A DNA stretch of 64,000 nucleotides from Bigelowiella natans CCMP2755 (lineage: Eukaryota > Protista > Cercozoa): the NCBI GenBank assembly GCA_000320545.1, contig ADNK01003488.1, positions 2,303-66,302 of the forward strand. The letters run 5' to 3'. The translations under genes and the position numbers were made by a program. The stretch's first letter is position 1. Every line of letters starts with the position of its first letter. Below are positions 36,401 through 45,822 of the stretch, piece after piece. The notes beneath the pieces were generated by a model. It made no database searches, had not been told where the DNA came from, and saw nothing but the letters and a program-made list of their open reading frames with translations.

Positions 36401-38431
36401 TCCCCTACCTACGCTAGGACTGCAGCTGCTTTTACTACTGCTTACCGGAAGGAGAACTCTGTAGGCCTCAGCTTCGCTAAGGTGTGGGCCAAGGCTGGCC
36501 TTGATGCCCACTTCGATAACCTAATAAAGTTATGCAGCAACACCCTATTGAATGCTAAGCTAGACACTACTAGACCAGCTACCCTATGGACAGACTGGTC
36601 TAAGCTAGGTATGGCTGCTGTACTTACCCAAGACCAGCAGATCATACGGGTGTGGGGCAGGGCCTGCACAGCAGCTGAGGCCAAGTACAGCCCTACAAAA
36701 GGAGAGTATAAAGCCATGACTGAGGCGCAGAGGAAACTAAGATACTACCTGCTGTCGGTGCCCAGCTTCACCTTAATGACTGACCACAAGCCCCTCCTAG
36801 GCATCGACCGCAAGCTCGAAGCGCCTAACGATGAGTATGCAGCTATGAGGGCGGACACGGAAGAGTTTAGGGACAAGAGGACAGTGGTCTACGCACCAGG
36901 AGACAAGCAGCTTGCTGACTATTTCAGCAGGCTGTTCGAAAAGAAAGTCCCTACCCAGGTCACCCCTATGGTTAACGCGATTACCTTCGAGGACGGCGAC
37001 TTCCTGCCTGAGCCAGAGGAGCTCCAGCACCTTCAAGAACACCTGGATAAATACAAACACAAGCATGAGGTACTTAGTGATAGGATATATGTATACACTA
37101 ATAATGTTAGGCGTACCTACGTGCCACGGCGGACCAGGGGAGCCCTTCTCTTTACCGCCCATGGACCTGCACACGTAGGAGAAAACCATATCACTGCTCT
37201 ACTCTACCATTACTACTGGCCCTACAAGCTAAAAGAGATAAGGACATACCTGCGTGGCTGCAGGTGCTCCAGCTTGAAGGCGGCAGGCGTCGCCACCAAG
37301 GAGTCCAGCAAGAGCCGTGCATCTAAGAAAATCAAAGCAAGGAACTTCTTAGATATCGTGCAAATTGATGTTTATAAGTACGATGGCTATCACTACCTTA
37401 CCTTCGTTGATGTGGCCACTGGAAAGTGCTGGGTTAAAAAGATTATCAAGGTCAACGTTGCTAAGAAGAACAAAGGCTTATATAAGCAGAGGCTTACTAA
37501 CTGCTACCGTACCTGGGAGTCTGAGCTCCAGGCTATCCCTGATGAAGTTAGCATAAACAAGATACCAAAGAAGTTACATGTGGATAATGAGACCTCTCTT
37601 CTACAGCTACCACACCCTAATATTGATGCCTCACCTGTATACTATGCCCAGTCCAACTCCAAGGTAGAGCGACTCCACCGCACCTTGGCCAACCTAAGCA
37701 GGATAAATAGCACCACACCAGACAAGATACAAGGGTTAGTAAACGACACCTTCACGTCTGGGGGAGGTATCAAGGATAAGGAGAGGGAAGAAGGCGACGA
37801 CAACGACGACGATACCGAGAGCGAAGACGAGAAGGTCCCGTACGATGGCCGAGTTCTAAAGGAAGGACAGTATGTTAGGGCCAAGGTAAATCTGAGATCG
37901 AGAAATAAACAAGACCCCTTCTGGGGTGGCGTTGCAAAGGTTACCGAGAGGAAGGGGAGGAAGCAGTACTACATCTATGATGGGAACAGGGTCACCTTGC
38001 GCCACATCAGTCACCTAAAGAATTATGATATCGGTGAGAAGCTCCTAGAGGATGTTAAAGTAAACCCTACTGTGTGGGAGCGAGCAATGCCTTGTTTAGG
38101 ACCCCGACCTAAGTTCGATGTGGAATATGGAAACAATAAGGTCAGGGTGAACGACGATTGGCGCATGAAGATTGTCTATCTAGGCTACCCTGGATTACGA
38201 AATATGGAGAGGGTAGCTATGAAAATAAAGGACGGAAAATATCAGCTACTCTACCTAGCTGTTCCCGACTTACCCTTTGAGCACTGGTATAAGGTCCTGG
38301 GGGACCTTGATGCAGAGGGCTGGTATGGACACGAACCTAAGGACGAAGGTGAGTTCTGGGTAAGCGACAAAGGAGATAAGGTTAGAGAGGAATCTATTAC
38401 CTGGTGGTTGGTGAAGTTCCGAAAGCGATGA
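33458..38431 (+). CDS. Gag-Pol polyprotein, 1657 aa: Gag CCHC, aspartic protease, RT, RNase H, integrase, C-terminal Dam-like domain
   Basis: CGYCSRKGKHTAKDC (34565-34609), LWDSGS (~35012), NSPWN / PYGL / YVDD (36122), TDWS..E..TDHKPL..ADYFSR, HGPAHVG..CRC, and D-D-E (IDVY / VDNE / VERLHRTL). No stops or frameshifts. Confidence 0.96.
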   Translation: MSQQLEEQQDFGSQAVQGHEQKQERKGDTDAKEGGGTPPQAPPGPAPGIKKADAAAEALENFYEADDEDVAAESKKVVMALRALRPRASNYAKLKVSIEYKYQTHDVWAAIMQDIMDYEADLPPEWAALFRNDGGLGASRGTTQSTVKQQQPVQRNTQFMSVKTAPVMITKYNGKRGEARRWWKNARSILCDFTPNPTENDKLKWLAIIKQAMDLYETGRTRIRQLEKIHTTVSGLRDVEAIMKAFVNEQDANSLPQAIRKYRAMMQHEREPVRDFATRFQDMIDELHDFNYNTGDDQARFEEFKLKIKESTYVTEKGYTTMEAAVQAISLREQEQDRKFTSPKVPGIGNINAIKPQRDWYKDREGNRRCGYCSRKGKHTAKDCRDRKEGRPRMTIRQLNEHYEKLKRKKGRGQGYNNSKWQGSNNGKNNKYKNKKQNSINAIQQQINGILDHLKQAPTKTAVPATQDQDKPMTLDDIKNLGVCNINDEDANRTIKVAMTKVKVKDSYGDYKKLPALWDSGSMPKSFISLSTVRRLGLLDQVTKKERKYAQADGSSSMKTVGELMLKLQIPGSDAETQIKTRVAMTLSMELLLGQDALEKLGGIISFYNHKIYFAKLPKKSGRTISQNMIRLDEWTSESSVNALEFMDLADNKLPTPTELRKKNPGKTIRQITELLDKTPPADDWDIDKGKKYINKILNEKYSDITKPTTKPSSKLTPVKIELKKGYEECIINDPEHRRPEADWEKIEWQINEWAKEGKIEPSNSPWNVRHVLAKKPTYPFFRLAHNFIRHNRVIKRIQTPTPRIDDVIEHVIGYKYYSSLDKNESYMQTPIHKTSRPITAFSSRHRKWHFVVFPYGLSISGDAFSSQNYRAYTHDGMASVLWVFVFVYVDDDIICTNTVVAQIFLLENIFIRFAHFGFTIRLQKCTFLATRIKWCGYYLEQGRITPNPEKVAALQQAPKPKNAKELKSFLQTAAWILRRFSPTYARTAAAFTTAYRKENSVGLSFAKVWAKAGLDAHFDNLIKLCSNTLLNAKLDTTRPATLWTDWSKLGMAAVLTQDQQIIRVWGRACTAAEAKYSPTKGEYKAMTEAQRKLRYYLLSVPSFTLMTDHKPLLGIDRKLEAPNDEYAAMRADTEEFRDKRTVVYAPGDKQLADYFSRLFEKKVPTQVTPMVNAITFEDGDFLPEPEELQHLQEHLDKYKHKHEVLSDRIYVYTNNVRRTYVPRRTRGALLFTAHGPAHVGENHITALLYHYYWPYKLKEIRTYLRGCRCSSLKAAGVATKESSKSRASKKIKARNFLDIVQIDVYKYDGYHYLTFVDVATGKCWVKKIIKVNVAKKNKGLYKQRLTNCYRTWESELQAIPDEVSINKIPKKLHVDNETSLLQLPHPNIDASPVYYAQSNSKVERLHRTLANLSRINSTTPDKIQGLVNDTFTSGGGIKDKEREEGDDNDDDTESEDEKVPYDGRVLKEGQYVRAKVNLRSRNKQDPFWGGVAKVTERKGRKQYYIYDGNRVTLRHISHLKNYDIGEKLLEDVKVNPTVWERAMPCLGPRPKFDVEYGNNKVRVNDDWRMKIVYLGYPGLRNMERVAMKIKDGKYQLLYLAVPDLPFEHWYKVLGDLDAEGWYGHEPKDEGEFWVSDKGDKVREESITWWLVKFRKR

Positions 38432-38437
38432 AGGTCT

Positions 38438-38482
38438 AAGGGAATAAGGAAGGAAGGAAGGAGCAACGTGACTTGGGGGAGG
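38438..38482 (+). promoter_or_regulatory. Polypurine tract region; core gggggagg abuts the 3' LTR
   Basis: aagggaataaggaaggaaggaaggag and gggggagg lie directly upstream of the TG of the 3' LTR. Confidence 0.85.
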
Positions 38483-38808
38483 TGTAGCGCGTACCACTAC
38501 GCGGGCACAAGTCACGTGCGACAACAAAGGGGTTGTCGCGGATATAGAATATAGATAACGTAGATATTAATACAGCATAGGCACGTGGGTTCCGGCGGGA
38601 CTCATGGCAGCACACCGGAAGTGTGCTGCCCCACGTGCGGCGGCATTCGCGAAAGCTTCGCGAATGATTACGCAGTGCACGATTTAATAAAAATATAATC
38701 TTTAATAAAAATAAACACAACTCTTCAAAAGGAAGCAAACGTGCCTTTCCCCCCCCCTGCCTACTTGTGCACGTAGCGCCTCGGCCTGTGAACACCTTAC
38801 GCGCAACA
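38483..38808 (+). repeat. 3' LTR
   Basis: Identical to 33093-33418. Confidence 0.97.
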
Positions 38809-39363
38809 CGTTGGTCAAATCTGCATGCGCCAGAACCACATGGGAGACAGGCGTTTGCATGCAGCGAGTCACATTGACCGAGAAAGATTTCCCAGCAGCC
38901 AGCCGAATCATTGAAAAAACAACCATCCAACGGCACTAAGTCATGCGTGCACAAAAGCATTCGAATGCATTGTCATTTGGAGATGCGACAAATCTTCAAA
39001 AGACTTTTGCGACATCGGATTGACCTCCAACCAAAACAAATTGTAGGCGATATTTTGTGTGATTGGAGATTCTTATTTTTTCGGGTTGCTGCTACTACAT
39101 CCAGCCACAAATAAAACACAATCTCGTTCGTTCGTGCGTACAAATTGTAAATACGAATCTACGAGGGTTAGCGTGCTTAGGAAGGAAGGGGCAGAAACAA
39201 GATAAGTGGTTTTAAACCTTTCGTCCCCGAGTGCTCGCTATCGCCACCTACGTAAAATCAGTTCTTGAAGCATTGGTAGTTACATACAATAACTGCCTAC
39301 TTCACATTACTCAGGCGGTACTGGATTGGGTCGCATAGCGATCTAACTTTAATACATTGGCAA

Positions 39364-41310
39364 ATGGGTATCTGTGCCTCCGCATCCTCCCCGACAACTG
39401 CTGGTGCTCGAATCTCTCCAGAACAGAAAAATGGCGACAAACATCTTAACGACAAGTTAACAGAGTAATGGAGATCAACAATGGGGAATTGAACAACAAG
39501 ACCCAGCTCGAAACATTAGTAGATACATTGTTCTTCCTTTTGCAGGGTATTTTCCTTCATCTTCGTCTTTATCATCAATTGTCAAAGTTCGATGTTCAAT
39601 GTTCAATGTTCATTGTCGAAATATTGATCATTACGATAAATCGATAAATTCGATCGATACATTCGATTATATTACCTTCACAATAATGATGCCACTTCCA
39701 GGGACAAAAGAAAAGATGCTCGTGTGCATAAACTTCTTTTGCTTGGTGCTGGGGAGTCTGGGAAGTCAACACTTTTTAAGCAGGCAAGGAAATTTTCACT
39801 TATTCGTGTAGCCAGATCGTAATTATTTTTGTTGTATATAAGCTAAGTGAAATATACGGCAATGGCTTCAAGATAGACGATAGAAGAGAATTCATTCCAG
39901 TGATTCACTCAAATACAATTGAAGGAATGCAGACTTTAGTTAAGGCTTCTGATCGCTTAGCTGCCAAAAATAAAAAATTTGAGATCACAGAGAAAAAATC
40001 ATTGGATGCAAAAGCATCCCTGATGAGACTAAGTGCAATCGATGACCCCCTTACCGAAAGGATATGTGAAGAAATTAGAACGTTATGGAATGATAAATCC
40101 ATAAAGGAGACCTACAAGTTAAGAGGAAGTTCTTATTACCTTGGAGATTCTGCGAAGTATTTCATTGAGAGGTTTCTCTTTGATACTTATGCAAATGCAA
40201 CCCATGAAATATATAACGCAATATCAGGGCCGGATATACGTGGAAAAAAGACTACTGTCCTACACTTCAGGACCTTTTTAGGTTTATGCCAATTATTAAA
40301 ATATAATCGATAATTTTAATCATCGAGCTGAAATTTTGTTCCACTAACAAGATCGCGAGTCAGAACATCAGGAATTTTGGAAATGGATTATGTCTACCAA
40401 AAAAGTGGGTCAATATTACTATTATTTTGTGACATTCTTCAATATTGTTTTTGCATTTCTGCAGCCCATTTCAAGGTTTTTGATGTTGGTGGGCAAAGAA
40501 ATGGTATGTAATCCACATCTATTCTTTCAAAAATCTTATCTTACGTATCCGTATTTAGAGCGGAAAAAATGGATCCATCTCTTCCAAAAAGTTACAGCTG
40601 TTATCTTTGTCGCTGCTTTAAGGTGTTTTTCCTCATAAGAAAACGAAATGTTATGGGGGCTTGCTATTTGCTCCGCAGATAGGACAATCAGTGTAAGTTT
40701 TGCTTGAGAGTAGCAGATATTTTATCACATGTCTGTGGTTTACAAGTTGTCAATTTATGTCTCTTGCCCATAAGACATTCATTGTGATTATTTTTCAAAT
40801 TTACACTGATTGTTCCATGTTATTGAACCTTTAGTGGGTATAATCAAGTATTGTACGAGAGCAAAAAAGAGAAACGAATGATGGAGGCTCTGCGTCTCTT
40901 TGAGGAAATTTGCAACCTTCGTTGGTTCTCCAGTACCAACATAATTCTGTTCTTGAACAAAAGTGACCTTTTCATAGAAATGCTGCCGAGCACAGGACTT
41001 GAGGTGTGCTTTGAAGATTACAAAGGCGACCGAAGTTTTGCAGTCGCCATTAATTTTATCAAGGTAGATTGTGATAAACCCGATGGGTCATGAATGCCAC
41101 AAAATTAACGTTGATATTGAGGCTTACAACACTCTTTGTTCCAAATGTATACTCCTTGTTTAGACAAAATTCGAAGAGAGAAGCAAGAATCAAATATATA
41201 CTCACGTAACAAATGCGATCGACACAAGAAATTGTTCTTATGTGTTCAACACGTGCCAAGACATTATAATCCGGAAATGCCTTGAAGATGCCGGTCTGCT
41301 TATGGCTTAA
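39364..41310 (+). CDS. Heterotrimeric G protein alpha subunit, multi-exon
   Basis: MGICAS (myristoylation/palmitoylation), KLLLLGAGESGKSTLFKQ, RVRTSG, DVGGQRNERKKWIHLF, LFLNKSD, TNAID, C-terminus LEDAGLLMA. Confidence 0.95.
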
Positions 41311-41599
41311 ATGACACTCACTAGGCATGCCTATGCAACAATGAAAGCAACACATAAATAACATCACATGTCATCTTACAAAATAAACAACGTTGTAAAC
41401 GATGTGATGACGACTAGCTTAGTCTTCTGCGGGGGGCGCTGCGAGCCTAACTGACTAATACCGCTGACAATTTGCATGATGCATTGCTCACCACATCCGA
41501 AATATTGCTTGTTTCACACATGGCAGTAACAGTACAAAGCTAACTGTGTAGCTATGCTAGTACGTTTAAGCGTAACTCCTTGTTGCACTCGTCGTCAGG

Positions 41600-42200
41600 C
41601 ACTCGATCGCGGTCACATGCACTTTGAATCTTCGTAATTAGTACGTCCTTGCGTGGGCTAGCTAGCTAGTGGGGTGCAGCACTGCAATCTGTGAGCTTCG
41701 TGGTTGTTCATCACCATCGCTAGATCGGTGCAACCTTCTAGCCTTGTCAAGCTCTACAACTAGAGCTAGCAAGAGCGCTTCGCGGCGGGGCTGTGAATGA
41801 AGACACGACGCTAGAACGTTGTGCGAGCAAGCAGCGTAGCTAGCTCTACTAGTTTGGAGCTGTGCGCAACTTGCGAATGCTAGAATGGTGAGTCGATGAC
41901 GACTGCTAGACTGGTACGGTGCATCATCGTTTGCTAGTCTGTGCTAGTGTGGTCGCACCTGCCAACATGTAGTGAATGTTGTGGCTAGCTAGCTGGCATG
42001 AGCAATTGACGGTTCAGACAAGTGCTGCGCACGCGCACCTGTAACCGTGCATGGCAGGTAGCTACTACCAGACTACGTGATCTAGTGATGTCTAGATGTG
42101 CACTGTCTAGCTCTGAGCTGTGCTCTAGTGCTTTGTGGTGACCTCTCTAGAGCTTGAGATGCTCATACATGAACGACTAGTCCAGGAAAGAAAAGCAGAT
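41600..42200. repeat. TpA-depleted, CTAG-rich island D
   Basis: About 22 CTAG in ~530 bp by eye. Other TA are mostly CTAC, GTAG or GTAC. Lies between convergent genes. Confidence 0.75.
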
Positions 42201-42262
42201 GGATATATGGACACTTCGTTCGTTGATGGTTGGCATCATGTAGGAGGACACCATGTTTCAAA

Positions 42263-44639
42263 TCAATCCAGGCCTAGGATGAGATCATCAAGGGAGCCTT
42301 CTAAAATGTTACCACTTGAATAAATAATTGATGACAATTATAAGCGATGTAGGAGATTTTACCATCTGCAGACTTCAAATTGTTCTCGGATTTGAAGTTC
42401 ATGCTCATCGGAATTGTATCGACATGGAAATAGCTTTCTTCGCTCTGAACATCTTCGTGAGACGATGAATGCTCTTCTGATTTCGAACACGTATTTTGTC
42501 TCGGCTTTTCTTCCTGGGATGCGTCTTTTATGATTTCTACGACTTTTGGCTAACAACACAATCAGAGTCATACACGAATCATGAATAGAAAGCTAATAAA
42601 TACCGATTTTGCCGAATCCGTCACTGGTTCGATGAAGGTATCAATTGCTTGGTGCACTTCACCATCTGCTTCGTCGAGCACAAGTATATCATCAACATTT
42701 ACCTTTGGATGCTCTGTCATAGTTTCCATAGTTTCGGCTTTTTCATCTGGTTTCACTATTTTTGGCTCAGCTTTTTGTTTTCTAGCCATTGGATCAATGA
42801 GAGCGCATGATGAATGCGTTTCACTTTTTTCATCAGTCGTCCTCCTTTTCATATCACCTTCTGGGCCCTTTCTCGTGTCGACACTGTACAAGTGTGAAAA
42901 TTATGAAATTAACTCATGAGAGATTGTCCTCGAGTTAGCCATAATCGAATACCTTTCCCCCAGAACGACAGGCTTCCTTATGCTGCACATTGATGCCTGT
43001 GATATCTTTGAATTACTATGCTTTTGACTTTTCAGCGCATCTTCTACCTCCTGCGGACTTAGTTTTTTCACCGGCAGCGTAACGAGTAATATTTGTTTTT
43101 TCCTCTTGTACTTTGCACTACCACGTTCATGCTCTACTTTGTATGGGAGATCAACGCTAAGAGCATCGTAAGGGGGGGCGTTCAGCGACAGATGCTTCTC
43201 TTGCATGTCTAAATCAACCAGCTTAAGATCTGTTACTGCAGGTATTCTGATTTTAACAACAAGTTCTGAAGGACGTCTTGAGCCAATAACCTCATGTCTC
43301 TCTGAACCAAACTGCAGTATGTTGTTCCCGAGTTGGGATCCTCTTTCTACAATGACATAATCTGGAACATTTCTTTTTCTTTCTGCATCCGAGTTTCCTT
43401 TTTGATTAGAGCTTCCACTAATCACAAGATTCGTTGGACGGACGTTTATTACCGTTAACGGAACCACGCAACTGCCAGTGCTGTCGCTACCACTACTAGT
43501 CAGCATCACTCTGTGGCGTCCACGAGAGCACAATTTTGACTTGATAACACCTTCACGTCCATTGTATTCTGGTTTTTTCCGTAACTGTTTAATTACTACT
43601 ACATCGCCTACGGAAAAGCTACTGTCGGTGCTTCTGTCTTTGCAGCCCTCTTCATTTTTCGGAGTAGTTTGTATTTTTGACCTGTTTTGTTGTTTTTTCA
43701 CTGGTGGAATTCTAGAAACCGAAGTGGCATCGGTAGTTTCCTTCAAAAATCCAGATTGAGGAATGGACGGTGGTAGTATTTTTTTCGATGACGTAGTATT
43801 TGGTTCATAAGTTGGAATCAAAGGATCTCTTGGAATATCCTTCGTGCTTTTTGCCGCTTCAGGATCTCTGAAGCTCAAGCTTGGGGGCTCACCGCCTTTG
43901 CATTTCACTCCATCTAGCACACTGAAGTAGAGAAAAAAAGATAATTCGATATCAAACGATTGATTTGCAGGTGGGGACACTGACAATAACTTAAGTGTAA
44001 CTACCAGTATTCCGGAACGTTGAGCTTCTCTTTCATTACTCTTGAAACTCCTTCAAGAGCAGTTTTTATCATAAGATCCTGCATACGACCATCTGCCTTG
44101 AAGCTCGGCATATCCTTGCTATTAAATATCACATCGTATACGAGACTGGACTGCTTCTTCTCATTCAAGCAACTACGCGAATTTGGCCCCATACTAAACA
44201 AACAGCATGAAGTCATATTTTAATATCGATTAGAGTATTCTCTTAGAGAAACGAATCATAAATTCTGAACATATTGATTTTGCACGGTCACTGTATTGTG
44301 TACGACCTGTACGGGATCCTCCACGAAGTACCCATCACCCCATTCTGTTCTACCGTCTATTTGCAGAAAGAGGTGAAGCAAAATATAGAAAACATTACAC
44401 AAGTTTGTCCAACTGTCTAATATACTTAAATTTAATTTTGAAAGTCCTGAAACTACCGAAGGAGTAGCTCGATCAATATACTTCGAAGAACACACATTAA
44501 CGAATATTGTTTCTTTCGTATCCAGAGTTGTCACTTCCACACAAAATTGAGGCTTTGGTCGAAGAATCTGCATAAAGTTTGTGATTGTTAAGTACTACAT
44601 CTGGTATTTTACGTACCACATACACAAATATGCAAATTT

Positions 44640-44674
<35 letters not shown>

Positions 44675-45214
44675 CACATGCTTATTCTATATCACGTGAG
44701 AGTTTATTTCAAGCTGGAAAGGGACATATGTCGGTGTGTATGCATTTATTTATGAGAATGTGCGTAAGCGATGTCATTTTTTCAAATACGTGTTCTTAAC
44801 TCTGTAATATGAGAGAACAGAGAATATATGACTAATCATATTGAAATATTTCAACTACCTTCAAACCAGGAGGAAGTTGGTTGTTTCCCTCTAGTTGTCT
44901 AACATACATATCTTGCTCCTACGAATATATCATCATCATTGGCCACATAAATATCGATATTCGTCATTGATAAGTGCTATGTATGCGGTTACGAATAAGC
45001 ATACCTTCCTTGTTTTCGGGTCATTCAGATCTCTCATGTAGTCATGGAGAAGATCGTGGAACTCTTTTTTCTTCATGCAATTATAAAGGCGGCGTTTTTC
45101 CTGAGACCAGACGTTTTAGCTATGATCAACTTTAGATGTAAGGAAAAGAAATGGGAAATTTTCACTTACATCTTCGGAGAGATTGAGCTTTTCATTGTTA
45201 AATACCCCATTCAT
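42263..45214 (-). CDS. DNAAF2: Dynein axonemal assembly factor 2 (kintoun/PF13), PIH1 + CS domains
   Basis: N-terminus KLNLSEDEKRRLYNCMKKKEFHDLLHDYMRDLNDPKTRK; PIH1 LRPKPQFCV..IFVNVCSS..VYDVIFN; CS domain RPSELVVKIRIP..DLD..LPYKV..GSAKY..LLVTLPV; C-terminus LILGLD*. Confidence 0.88.
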
Positions 45215-45822
45215 GTCTCAATTTGGATTGGTCGCTGGAAATCCAAATTTACCAGTATTTCTTAACGGGGGTGGGGGGTTCAGGTACGTAGAGGAAGCAG
45301 CACTCACTCCTCCCACACTAGTCTACTTCTAAATGTTAGGACTTTGAAATGTGTGGAACCTCCTATAATAAAACGGACGTTTCGTTTGTTTGGATTTCAT
45401 GTCGCATTACAATAAACTCAGGTCGTTTTCCATCGTTGTCTCACCAATATCTCAGTCTCACACGTAGGACTTCGTTGATACGTGTGACTCCTTTTTGAAC
45501 CAAGAATGCCAAACCGCTGCTTCTTTCTTCAATCTACAACCATTTATTCGTGAAATCTTCCATATATTATTGTCGTATCACTAATTTGTACGATGATTGA
45601 TATAGATCCAGAGTTGTGCAATGCTTTGCCTATTTCTTACGAAGTGGGAAAAGGCTCGTGGCTCCGCGTACACTGTGCCCCTCTCTTCCATTCCCTCATC
45701 CATCTGATATCACTGTATTCCGGGAGAAGTAAGATTCTAGCTTAAGTCGATTCGACGCAGCTGAAGATTTGATACCACAGCCTATGGCTACTACTATCCC
45801 TGGTTTTTGAAGATAGGGGGCG

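Larger units (their letters stand above)
33093..38808 (+). mobile_element. Intact Ty3/gypsy (Metaviridae) LTR retrotransposon, 5,716 bp
   Basis: Identical 326-bp LTRs (TG...CA, 11-bp imperfect terminal inverted repeat), PBS, PPT, and a single gag-pol ORF in PR-RT-RH-IN order. Imperfect 4-bp target duplication TGTT/CGTT. Confidence 0.97.

Noticed and set aside
38051-38431. Chromodomain or env at the end of pol
   Set aside because: No chromodomain Y.VKW.G motif and no signal or TM segment. The pattern fits an MTase-like fold better.
41650-42185. CTAG clusters as Helitron 3' ends
   Set aside because: Too dense, and I see no consistent subterminal hairpin or shared upstream sequence.
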